From Sphagnum compactum (taxonomy: Eukaryota), in assembly GCA_965153455.1 (NCBI GenBank), contig OZ234493.1, positions 17,164,213 through 17,228,212 of the forward strand: DNA of 64,000 nt, given 5' to 3'. Made by a program: the position numbers and the translations under genes. Every line of letters begins with the position of its first letter. Position 1 is the stretch's first letter. Below the pieces are notes generated by a model, which saw nothing but the letters and a program-made list of their open reading frames with translations, was not told the origin of the DNA and made no database searches. Positions 51,435 through 63,237 of the stretch are shown here, piece by piece.

Positions 51435-52352
51435 ACGATTTCTGATGGTTGATTTCCTCTTCAATTTTACAACCAAGCTCTTCGACACCAACCCTCCAAA
51501 ACTATGGCCAATTAACACAATAGGATGATGCCATTTATACTTGCACAAAACATATTCATTTGTTATACTGAGCTTCGAAGAAATATCTAATTGACTTCTA
51601 CATTTCATATTAGTTAAGTCTATATTTATGTGTGACTGAAATATATCATCGAATGCACACCTCTGAAATTGCTCAAAAGAATTGTTGCACATTCCTGCAC
51701 TATAGCTGTCCTCGTGGCATTTTCAGATTTTAGAAAAACCAAGCTTTTTAACACCAATCTCTAAAAACATAACATATTTCAGCAATAAGGATGATTCCAT
51801 TCACCCTGCACCATACATTACTGTGATAAGTTCAGTTTTCAGGAAGTGTTGAAACACCATCTATAGTTGGCTGACATACTATCATTGATAAGTGTACAAA
51901 TTTTCTATACGATTGAGAGATGACCCAATGATTAAGTAACAAATCGAAAAATTTGAAGATTGTAGTTGCTTGATATATTTGTGGGCGAAACCACCATATT
52001 TGCCCAAACATGACATTGTGACAATCAAAGAAAGGTGACTTGTACCTAGGATCGATGAGAGTCTGGTATACATTATTCGCAACATGTGATGCATGACCAG
52101 GAGGGGGGCTTTCTAATACATGTGCATTGTATGAAACTGAGAAAATGCGCACAACTTCCCCCAAATCAATTGGTAGCCATTCTTCAAGCCAACATACATC
52201 ATCATGACCTCGTTGTGTCCCTATGCCCCTCCAGGCATGACCCCTCCAGGCATCACCATTGTCATTTGCAGTTAATTGGAGCCCACGAAACAAGACCACA
52301 TCCATCTCAACACTTCGCTTATCTTCACAAGGTGGCCATAGCTGATGTACCG
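51435..52352 (-). pseudogene. Alpha/beta-hydrolase (SERAC1/PGAP1-like) domain fragment of the type found N-terminal in bryophyte hydrolase-NLR proteins
   Basis: VHQLWPP..EMDVVLFRGLQL..DAW..DVCWLEEWLPIDLGEVVRIFSVSYNA..LIDPR|gt (donor at 52045); second exon PIVLIGHSFGGLVSKSLVV with a GxSxG nucleophile elbow. Truncated; no NB-ARC seen. Confidence 0.75.
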
Positions 52353-54726
52353 GCCAATGAATCTGCCATCAAATTTCCACATTCAAAATATTGCACAGTA
52401 ACCAAAGTCCAGATCATAGCACCAGAAAGTATTGGAGACTTTTTGAGAGGAGATGCCACCAATTGGTTTACGGACATAATAGAATGGGCTATTTGAACCA
52501 AAACTCTTGGAAACAAATTAGTATCACAATGGTCCAGTCAGCAAGGTAAAAAGAACTCACAGAACTAGCGGCCATGATCATCGAGCTGGCTTCTTGTCAT
52601 TGTACATAAATCCATGGTATGGTAACACTCAGCGATACCATGAGTCTTAGCAGTCTCATCCATTGGCAAACTGCCATTCCGCTCTTGTTTTTTGAGAGCC
52701 GAAAGGAATCCAAAAATCCTCCCAGCCTTGAATAAGTGGCTCTCATGACATACAAGAAGAGCGCTGTTGCTCTCAAGATCTAATAGCTTTGCACTCCTCT
52801 TCAAATATTGACAAGTGAAAAACAACATGGTGGGAGCTGCCATACAAACGGCGGTGTTGCTGTCACGCATGGGTTTTCCATTCATTCACACAAGGTCCGA
52901 AAATCCCTGACAAACTTGTGCAGTTACAAACATCATACATTGTTGCACATTGTTGAGCTCTTCTCTTATTCCCAATCAAGCAATAGAGAGTCAATTTGTA
53001 GACTCTGTCGCCTAGCATTAGATACACATACAGTACCACCCTAGAAGTCAGACTGTACACATTATTTGGGAAAAACATGAAGGGTGGAGAGAAAACAACA
53101 CATGATACTCTGTTCATCTGGTTTTTGCCCATTAAGTGATTGGACATGCTGATATGATTAGTACACATCAGTCGACGTTTCAAACAAAGAACTACTCTCA
53201 TATGATCGAAATTTCACAAATTTCACAAATCTTCAGACCCTAGGCCCAACCCCCAGGTTCAGACAATGGTACACAGAAAGAAATGGAGGCCAACATCCAG
53301 AATTTGGCATCATCAAGAGCAATACCTGAAATTCCTGAGTCTGGAAGCACCATAAGAAAAAACAGCCAACGACAAATGACGTGCTGAAAATCTGCCATAG
53401 AACTTCAACAACACCGTAACCTCTTCGACAAGAAAAATCTTATGCTTCGTACCCTCATAAATTAGACGCATAGAGTTTGAATCCAGTTGATGCAAAGGCG
53501 ATCTGCAAAAGACAACCCTTCAAACGGTTCAAGGTCCTGGAGCAACAACAGGGAGGACTCCGTTTTGGAATGTGATTTCAGGAACTTTCAAAACTAAAAC
53601 TTCAAGTGATATTGGAAAGCAGTTTGCTGAACTGATCCACCAGATTCCAATTGTTCAACAAACAATCAATGCACAACCAACAAGAAAACATGAGGGTAGG
53701 AATCCATGTAGCACAATACCACCAACTGTGGTTTTGGAGGATGCCCTAGAAAATAAAGTTGCTTGCAAGCCGGTCGCATGCCAAGGAGATGGTTATCGGT
53801 TGCGAAATGTAGACTCCACAGTAGTCAGAGTCGAACCCCAATAGGAAACCCTCAAACCGCCAGGAGTTGGGAGCCATCGACGCTGGAGCACAGCGTTCAT
53901 TTCTCATGGGAAACGGGAAAACCGTCGAAATGAACGATATACCTGCTGTGTGACTTTTCCCAGGACGTCCCCCATTCCAAGAAACGACACAACACGAATA
54001 GAGACATGACTGATCTTCAATACTCTCCACACCGCATTGGACACCATAGTTCGATGAAGCTCCTTCATGCTCGACCACTTGTTCTATTATTACCCCAGGG
54101 GGGAACATTGGTCGAATACAGCAAGACACACGGTCTTCAGATTTCAACAAAACCCGAACCTATGCAAATCGTACACGGAGCTTTACAATATGCGACGACA
54201 ATCTTCACACCTCCGAAACAATCCCCACAACGTGTGTAAGGCAATGCACCGCGAAAGAGGAATTGACAGAGAGTGGATGGAGCAAAGAAAGATGTCAGCT
54301 CAAAAAACTGAATCCAAACAATCGACAACCTGCAGTAGACTTGGAAGTATACCCACAAAAGGGGTACTAGCGGATGCAAGCCCTAGAACCAGGACCAGTA
54401 AGGAGCGGGAGGAGCTGCCTCGGAATACAGCAGAGCAGGAGATGAAAACGACGCTAGGAAGGGGTAAAATACCAAGGAAACAAGCACAGTATAGCTTTGA
54501 GCGACACGTACAAGTCTATGCCGAGGAGGATGAAGTCGACAGTGACCCTCACCGTAGTGCGACTCCATCAAGCTCCCAGTGACTCTGATTTCAGCCTTCC
54601 TTGCACACCGCCTTCCATTCGTTGCTGTTGCAGCCCTAAAAAACTTGCACGAAGACGTCGACCACAACGAAAGGAGGCATAAGTAATACAACACAGCCGA
54701 CAGTCCTTGGACATATGGGTTAAATC

Positions 54727-57700
54727 CTAGAATTGTATTTTTCTGTGAATGTTTTGTTCCAGCATTCGAATGCACGCGTCTACCAATCGTGTGAAGTTGG
54801 TGATAGATCGTCCCAAGGCCTTCTGTCCCATCCATCGAGCCAATTCTTCATCACGAGTGATGTCTTTCAATTCCGGCATGGCCGTGCGCATGTCCGACGG
54901 GTTGCGACGCCAAATGGCCCAAAGAAGAATGCGGTATCGTTCACCCCGAATTTGACCCGGGCAATTAGCATCGTACCTTCCTTCGTGCAACTAGACATTG
55001 CCTAGCGCCTGCCCGTTGTGCAAAAGGTGGCACTTGGGACAACTGTCAGGTGACCGAGGAATGGAATTAGGGCAATCCGACCTAGGATGCGGTCCTAGAC
55101 ATTTGAAGCATCGACAACCATCCAGCAATAACGGACAATTTTGACTGGGGTGACACAAGTTTCCAGCATCGCCGTAAACACTGCACATGAGACAATTGGG
55201 TTCATCAGGAGCAGCAAATCGACGAAAATTCTTCAAGGATGTATAATCCTCGTTCATGAAGGAGGTGAGCACCGTCGCTCGCACCCTAAGCATCGGCAAT
55301 GGTGGGGGGGATTCTAGTGACACCACCCTCGATTGTCGTACACAATTGTCGCACAGTTGTGCTGCTGGAATTAGGTTGCACCGTTGTGATTGACCATCCA
55401 CAGCCAAATGAAGATTGTGTCGTCGACAATTCTCCGTGTCCGTGATCCAAGCGTTGGGTTCGACGAACGATGAATCGATGTGCAAAGCTTCAGCTCTAGA
55501 TTTTGCACTAGAAATCACTCTGTTAATACCAGGTTTACCGTCGCGAGCAAGTCGGCCCGACTCTTGGTGCAGAGCAGCAAAAGACCTAAAAGATCCACGG
55601 TGAATGACGAGCCTCACCGACGGGTAGTTGTACCCACACCCAATGACCCCGGTGGCCACCATAACCCGAGCTTCACCCGAGAGCCATGATTGTAACTGCG
55701 CCTTCTTAGCGTCTTCATCCAGATGGGCATGAAGATGGGCGGTCCTGACCAGTGCCACGTTATTGGCGATCGATGCCACGTGTTCGACAGACTCTCGTGT
55801 CAAGCAATATACGATTGCCCTATCCGTCTCGGAAGCCACATCGCAATCCCATCCGACAACTTGTCGAATGATTTCATCGTCAACATCAGCCACTTCATCG
55901 ACGACATATCCAATCAACGGGCGCACCGTGGACATCCGGATGACGGTGAGTGACGTGGACATCACGATCTTAAGGTCAGTCTCTTGAGAGGGGGACAAAG
56001 AGGCTGTCAATGCGACGAGTTGGCACCCCACGGCCCACAACGGCAATAGGCGCTTCATGACCGGTCTGAAATCGGACAGAAGCAAATGCGCTTCATCCAC
56101 AACAACACAATGAAGCTTTTGTAGATGGTTCAATGTGTGTGCGAATTCCACAAACCTAGGAGTTGTTGCATGTTCCACTGATACGAACAAGATGGACGGG
56201 GGATCATGAAACGTAATTGTGTCCGTGCCATAGGTTGCGTGTCGTAGGCCAGCTCGACTCGCATCAGCTTCGTGTCCCCTGACAAGGATGCTGAGAGGTA
56301 CCACCACGATGACGGTGCGACCAGTGACCATGGGTGGGATCATGAACGCGGCTGATTTGCCATGGCCAGTGGGCATGACCACCAATAAGTCAAGTCTATT
56401 TTCCAACACTAATGTCACAGCCAGGCCTTGTTCCTTGCATGTCCATTGTTCATGGCCAAATCGACGAAGAGCTCGTAAAGCACGCACTTCGTGCGTTTGA
56501 TCTCGAGGGGGAGGCAGGATGGTCGGTTGAGCGGGAGTCTATGCGACTGCGATGGAAGACATGAGCGATGCGAGGAGAGACGCGCAATCAGATTGCAACG
56601 GACAATGTGTGTTGGGTTTATCAATAATCGTCGGAATCTCAACGGTCGAAGCACCTGAGGGAGGTGGATCGAGGGGGCTCCCATCGAGTTGCAACAAGCG
56701 GTGCCATGCTTCGGCGGCCAATTTGTATGTGTACATTTGTTGGCTGTCCATGAACCTGTGATCGTTCGAACAGCTGGCATAATGTTTGGCGACCATAGCG
56801 GAAGAGTGCCCCGATGTCTCGTCGATGGGAAACTCCGTGCAATAACTCTGTTTGATGGCGCCACCGAAGTAAGCGGCGAGATGACAATAATCTGCAATCC
56901 CAATATCAAGATTTGCATGCTCGAGGAACCCAGCGGCCACCAAACGCGAAACATGTGCGCCCTCCATGGCCGCATCTCCTTGAATGGCCCAAACGTTCAT
57001 ATATTGTTGGGCAGCGTCAATATTTCCACGCAGACTGGCGATGAACGACTGCACCGGCCTCACAAGCAACATATATTCGACGAATAACAAATTCAGTTTT
57101 GGGGGTAGGAAACGAGGTATCAATTTGACAGGCTGCCCTACATTGGCGCTCTTGTGGTATCTCTGAAAAGTCATAATGGTGCCAAAGGACCAATAGAATG
57201 TCCTATCAGAATGCTCCGTGTTGCGAATGAGATAACTTTTATACTCCTCCCCTCGAGGAGGACCGCCGGCAGTGAGATGCAAGAGTAAAAATAACAACGC
57301 ATGCATTCGGTCGGCTGCTCGTGCCCACATTGCCAAGGCATTTTCATTCCATATCAGGGATCGATTATCGTTTGTGCCTGTGATGAAAAGGCTTCGAGTA
57401 AGCCGATCGGTAAAAAGGTGGATGGCCAGATCCTGTCCATGATGATGAAATTCATTACGGGCATCCGACAAGAAAGAATATCCAACTTTGTCTTCATTCA
57501 CCTTGTCGACGATGTTGCCTTCCGCTATCACCCGACCGATCCAGGTCGTCTGGAGTCCCAGTAGTAATTGGTTGCTCATGACCTTATTCGCCTCGCCCAA
57601 CAGCTTACCAACCAGGTTCCGCAATGTGTCGATTGTCACAGCTTGACCATCGATCGTGCATGCCAAAGGACCGATTCGAACTAGTCTGGGGACGTCCGGG

Positions 57701-59499
57701 CCGTCACCCAACACCGTGCAAGCAAGGCGCATGGTCTCCCGCAATTTGTTGAACGGTGTGTCCTTGGCGTTATCACGAATGCAAGCGAGCCACTCATCAG
57801 CCTCACACCAAGGGATGGTGGGGTGATCAGGCTGCCACATTGGACGCACGAGCTACATGAGGACCGTGCATCTCCACCAATACTCAAGAATGGCTATGGG
57901 ACTCGTCACATGTCGAACATGTTCGAAGGCAATGCTGGTTGATGAAGGGTTCGACTTTAAGCTGTTCACAATCAGGAACCTCATTATTGGACAACCGGTT
58001 TGTAGCCCATGCGGAACGACCGGACACATCGGCGGTCGACAAATGTGCAGCAACACCGTGTGGATGTGAATGAGATCTTCGTTGGCCATGTCTGCATCTT
58101 GCCGACCTCGGATGTAAGAAATGAGACTGTCGAGCGCATCTGCGAGATCCGAATGCAATTCGCCAAGAACATTGACGAATGGCTTATCATCCGTCGGGCT
58201 GCTATCTCTGGATCGGACCATCGCAATGAGGAGCTGTGTCATCAGCGCACAATATTTGCTCACTGTGGATGGCACCCAAAGCTAGTTGAGCCCCACCGTG
58301 GCCACGGGGGAATCTTCGACAGAAACTACCAGCCGCCTGAGATGATATGGCACACGACCAATCATGGTCTGTGCGTTCTCCAAATATGCTCGGACCATCG
58401 AGGGCAGGCGGTCCAAATTGAATTCCCCATTCATCGAGGTCGGGAGCACGCTTGCTTGCTTGATATGGTCCAAGGGCGTACCAGCTGGAATGATGTGGTT
58501 GACGGCTAGCTCGTGCCAACGAGACACCCTGAGCCATGGACTCAACTCACGAATGGATGGATTCGGTGCCACGTTCAACACCGAACATTCATGGGCCTCT
58601 AACGAAGCCCGCACTTGCTCCTTAAGTCGGAGCCCCGTCGGGTCACCCGCAAGCTCCATATTTTGGTGGTCGACACCAAAATAGGCGGTGTGCCCGACCT
58701 TTTTAAAAAGCCGCTGCACTTGGCACGGTTGACAACTGGCATTAGCCGGTAAGAAAAAATGGTTGGCCAGGCGATGATTGGCGATGGTCCTCTTGGAAGC
58801 GGAATAGTAGGCACATCCATCTGCCTTGCATCGATATCCATTGATGACCGTGATACCTAGGACCACAGGTAAAAGCTCCTGCAGTGGAGATGTGGTATAC
58901 CTTTCAAGGCGAGGGTCTTGCAATTGGGTGAATTCAATCTCATCAAACAACGGTGCAAAGTCTGTGAGAGGTGGGATCGTAGTCACACGATGCCCGCCAG
59001 CGTTGCGACGCCGTTTGGGAGCTCTATGATTATCGTGCCCCAATAGGTGGTTATGCACTTGGCAAGGCTTCGGCTCCAAACATACACCACAAACCTTGCA
59101 CAACAGTAGACGAATGCCATCCACGATGTTGAGAACAACAAGGCCAGCATCACGGAGCAGCTCCGGTGTTTGTTCGACGGGTGGCTGAATTAACATGCCC
59201 ATCGACATCGCCTTTTGCACATTGTCATCATGGAGTTCATTGAGGGCCGAATTGTTTCGCTCCACATGTTGCACTTTGAAATGGCACTGGAGCTTATCGC
59301 TGCGTTCAAATGCCCTTGTGCAGCGATCAACGGGGCAAGGAAATTTGCCTTCAATGGATCGGTGGACAGTAATTCGACCAGTGACAGTGCGAACCTTACA
59401 AGTGGATCGATGCACCAATCGGCGATGTCCATCACGTTGGTTAGAAGCGGGAAAAAAAATGTTACACTCGGGGCATTCGAAGTTAGCCATGAATACCAT
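54727..59499 (-). pseudogene. Telomere-linked-helicase-like polyprotein: C2H2 fingers, DUF3505-like Zn domain, tyrosine-recombinase-like domain, RecQ helicase and Zn knuckles (about 1590 aa, four in-frame TAG)
   Basis: ORFs 58282-59529, 57853-58275, 56539-57849, 54991-56487 and 54727-54990 are all in one frame, separated only by single TAGs at 58282, 57853, 56539 and 54991. Helicase motifs MPTGHGKS, VVDEAH, LTAS, IVYC, VMVATG..G.G, QESGRLARDG, plus the RecQ Zn motif CRR..C..CDNC. N-terminal CPEC..H..H and CPVDRC..H...H fingers. Confidence 0.9.
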
Positions 59500-61280
59500 A
59501 TGACAATATATAAGTGTTTGTGAACACAACAGCGCTGCAACTGATAATAGAAGGTCAATTTATCAATGACTCGGGCTTTGTCAAACCGACCTCCACCTTG
59601 TAGACAAACGAAATCGAATTTTTGGTGTGAGTGATTTTCCCCGACACAACATCGATCTACGCAAAATCACAATGTTCAAATTCATGCATACAACAAATAT
59701 GTTCGGTAGATGCCCTTACTTGGTCACACTGCTAGAATAGGTTCGCACATATATGGAGTTGAATCTGCGATGTGGTCTAACCATCGTGCTCCCTCCGCCT
59801 CGTAGCCCCTGCGAAACATCCCAGTGCTGGAGTTGAAAGACGACAACAACACAGATTCCATCCATGCGACAAATTCCCGGTGCACACAATTCAAATGTTT
59901 GGAGCTATGTAAACCAATATATCATGAAACTAATGTTTGCACAGTATGTTAATTTGGTGTTGCGTAGACAAACATTCGTTTCGCCAACACTAATAACGCC
60001 TTCGAACCATCAAAAACACCGCAAAGATACCAAGGGCAGTCATACAAATTTTGTTGCGATCTCATAAATGTATCTATGAGAACAAGTTGAAATTTGCAAC
60101 ATGTTGCATGATTCACAAAAGAATTTTCTATTCCTAATGATCTTTCACTGCAATTCAAAGCCACGATGACAACGACAACAAATGAAATTTTGGGAGGGAA
60201 AGAAATGCAGATGTTGGTATAGGTTGAGGTTTTGATACCTGCACTCGCTCATTGTGCTCAAACAAGCTGGCATGCGTGTGGAGTTGAACTTAGGAAGTTT
60301 AGGCTACAATGCCCCCTGCCAACATAACATACGCAAAAAATGACAATTCAAAACTTCACTATTTGAATGATAGGCCAACCTTGCGTAAGAGATTTCAAGA
60401 TGCATCTCTGAATTTTACATGGAGCTATATGTTAGGTTGCTCACCTCAAGAACAAGAGTTTGGTGATGTACACCGCTATACTGCACAAACACAATAACTG
60501 TTGGTTTTTTAAATCACAAGATTTTGCCCAGACAAATGCCTCTTGCACACACAAGAAAACTGGAAAAAAAAATCTCCAACCCCCTATGTGTATCTTGTGT
60601 CCTACTCAAATTTCACTATGTTTGAGGGAATTGATAAATGACGTGGTGAAATGTACTTTGGCCTTCGTGGCACACTGCGCAACCTTTTATGGCCATCCAT
60701 GCATATACGCTATTTATCTTGATAAATGGAATCTAATTTTTGTAGAAGGGTAAATTACTTTGTGTTGGATTTGACACGATTATGTATTCATTGCAATATG
60801 GGTGCCAACTCTTCGAATACAGGTGGGAAAATGTTGAACGGTGTTTCAGGTGTTTAATGCGGCCTGTACAAAAATCTTGCGTACCATATATGTAGCATAT
60901 TTTATAATTTTTACATGTCGCATACATGACCCATATAACATTTCCCCGTGGTGCTATCGCATGTGATTTTTCTACATCATGGCATATCACACATTATAAT
61001 GAAAACGAGCCTATTTTTTATGGCAAGCAGTCTCCAAATTTCGGCTTGAATTCGGGTTTTGAAGGCGAGCTCATTGGGTGCCTCGTTAAGTGGCCCCCTT
61101 CTCCTTATTTTTCACTATAAATAGTATAAATAGTTATGCTGGCATTATATTTGGCTTTTGACTATCTGTCAAAATGTCACCATTGAAGCAACTTTGTAGA
61201 ATCTTCTTTAGGGTTTGAACCCTTGAACTGAAGGGCTTATAAGGGCCACTGGGCAAGGTTGGAGAAGCAGATGGAAATTT

Positions 61281-61345
61281 AGGCAGGGGGGGATGTGACA
61301 GCCCCCTGAACATTGTTTATAACGGCCCTCTAAATTGTTGTAATA
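61281..61345 (+). mobile_element. Possible polypurine tract plus LTR start remnant
   Basis: AGGCAGGGGGGGA|TGTGACAGCCCC; no partner LTR found. Confidence 0.3.
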
Positions 61346-61426
61346 AGAGGATCCATCAAATATGCAATCACATAACATTTACGGACATGTTTGATTCATG
61401 GCCAAATTATGTTTTGTATAGTCGGT

Positions 61427-62097
61427 GGGAAATAGATCCAATTCTCGTTCTCATCATTGAATAAACATCAATTCATGCTTCGTCCCAACAAATCTTCATT
61501 GTAATTCATGTTTATGAATTGAAAGGATATGTAATATAGTAAACTTTGTGCAAGTGTGAAACACTAGCACAATTTACCAAAAATGTCCCACAACATTAGT
61601 TGATTACAATTAACAAGAACTCACCACGATAACACACTCCAAAGCATGCATGCCATACCCCATTGCCATAAGGTTCCTTTCAGCAAAACGAGGCTAGCTG
61701 CTATCTGGTCAGGATAATAAATAATTTTTTATTAACCTAAAATAAAATTTTAAAACTAGTATATTTGGAGGGAAATAGATCTGATCCTTATTATCATTGT
61801 TCAATAAACATTTAATTCGTCCTCCATCCCAACAAAGTTCTGTTATAATGAATGCTTATAGATTAAAAAGGATGTGTGATATATCAAACTTTGTGCAAGC
61901 GTTTAGGCTCTAATATTATTTACCAAAAATGTCTTAGGGCATTTACAAATTAAAATTAGCCGTGATTGGCCACGATGACGTACTTTAGATATGCCCTGCG
62001 GCGTTGCCATAATGTTCCTTTTCCCAAAACAACCCTAATTATTATTTGGTTATATATGCCCAGCGGCGTTGCCATAATGTTCCTTTTTCCCAAAACA
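61427..62097. repeat. Diverged direct repeat (~343-bp period) plus a short ~45-bp duplication
   Basis: GGGAAATAGATC...AATAAACAT...CCCAACAAA...AAACTTTGTGCAAG...TTTACCAAAAATGTC at 61427 and 61770; ATATGCCC(T/A)GCGGCGTTGCCATAATGTTCC near 61991 and 62054. Confidence 0.7.
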
Positions 62098-62571
62098 ATG
62101 ACGGCTACCCATTTTGTTGGACCCTCCTATGGAAAAAGATAAAGCAATTTCTTCAAGGAAATGAATATGACATCAATCGAAATAAATATCAATTTCCCCC
62201 CGCTCTGTTACCGATAATTTAATATTAGTTTTCATTCTGGGTTTAGGGTTGTTTGTATTCCAAACCAATACGTCTCACATCAAATCTTCGTTCATGGCAC
62301 CAATTTGCATTTTACTGGTTCAATTTCATCCACCACACAATTCGGCCAAGGTTTATCCGAACGACACATGTTCGCCATCCAGGACAAACAAAACACGACG
62401 GGCACAGCATGCGTCGCATGGTGGCCCTACCATTTATGACGATAAGAAACAAAACACTAACTTAAATGGGATATTGTTTTATTTTTCTTACAAATGACAG
62501 TAAAAGTAGACTAGATCGCATATACAAGATTTCTTCTCATGTGAAATTAGGTCACATTGCAGGATCCTATA

Positions 62572-63237
62572 TCCTCTATATTAAAGCAAAGGTGGTGTCT
62601 GTCTGTCTGTTTGTCTATGTGTAGCTTGAGGTTCCCTAACCCTGTCCCCACCTCCTTAAGTCCTTCTTCTTCTTCAAACCCTAGATTTAGGGTTTGAAGT
62701 CCAGATACACGGTTGCACCTTGAAGTTCCCAAACGAGGTCTCAATCCAGGTTCTTCGGAGCCAAATATTGGGGTTTCAAGCCTGGCTCTAGGTCCAGGTC
62801 TCGATCCACGTGCAGCTTGAGGTTCGCAGACCAAGTCCTTCGAATCCAACGATTGGGGTTTGAAGTCCAGATCCAATTTTGGGTAAGAGTCGAAACTATG
62901 GATTTGTCTATTTGTGCACCCCAAAAAATCGTATTAATTATATTATTATTATTTTAAATTTTGTAAACCTCTCCTTGAGAGAAAATGTAATAATAAGTGT
63001 ATTTATTCTAAAGGTACCCATTCTTCAACCATATGGTAATAATAGCAGCGGTGGGTTTTTCTATTTTTGCGAATTGTTTTTGTTTATAGCCAAAATGGCC
63101 ATCATCTGTAGGAAGATGTGGAAAAAGTGGGTAATTATCTGGAAGGAATATTTAGCCACACCTGGCTACAAATCCAAACATGGAAGCACAAAGCGTTGGG
63201 GGTGGCTGGAGTGGCGTAGCCACGGGTTACCCACTAG
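62572..63237 (+). mobile_element. Non-autonomous canonical Helitron
   Basis: 5' A|TCCTCTATATTAAAGC...(GTCT)n; 3' hairpin GTGGC-GTA-GCCAC (63211-63223) 10 nt before CTAG|T (63234-63238). Confidence 0.75.

Noticed and set aside
41119-51452. F/L/G-rich ORFs (e.g. 41119-41457, 44856-45092, 47560-47784, 50721-51107, 51135-51452)
   Set aside because: Translations of T-rich and G-rich low-complexity repeat tracts.
52565-54700. ORFs between the hydrolase fragment and the helicase (e.g. 53746-54150, 54067-54582) as extra genes of the element
   Set aside because: No recognisable motifs, and element termini could not be defined by eye.
55415-59558. Many overlapping plus-strand and alternate-frame ORFs over the helicase element
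   Set aside because: Shadow ORFs of GC-rich coding DNA; no motifs, whereas the minus frame has continuous domain signatures.
59900-61150. Possible degraded transposase next to the helicase ORF
   Set aside because: Only short stop-ridden frames with no diagnostic motif.
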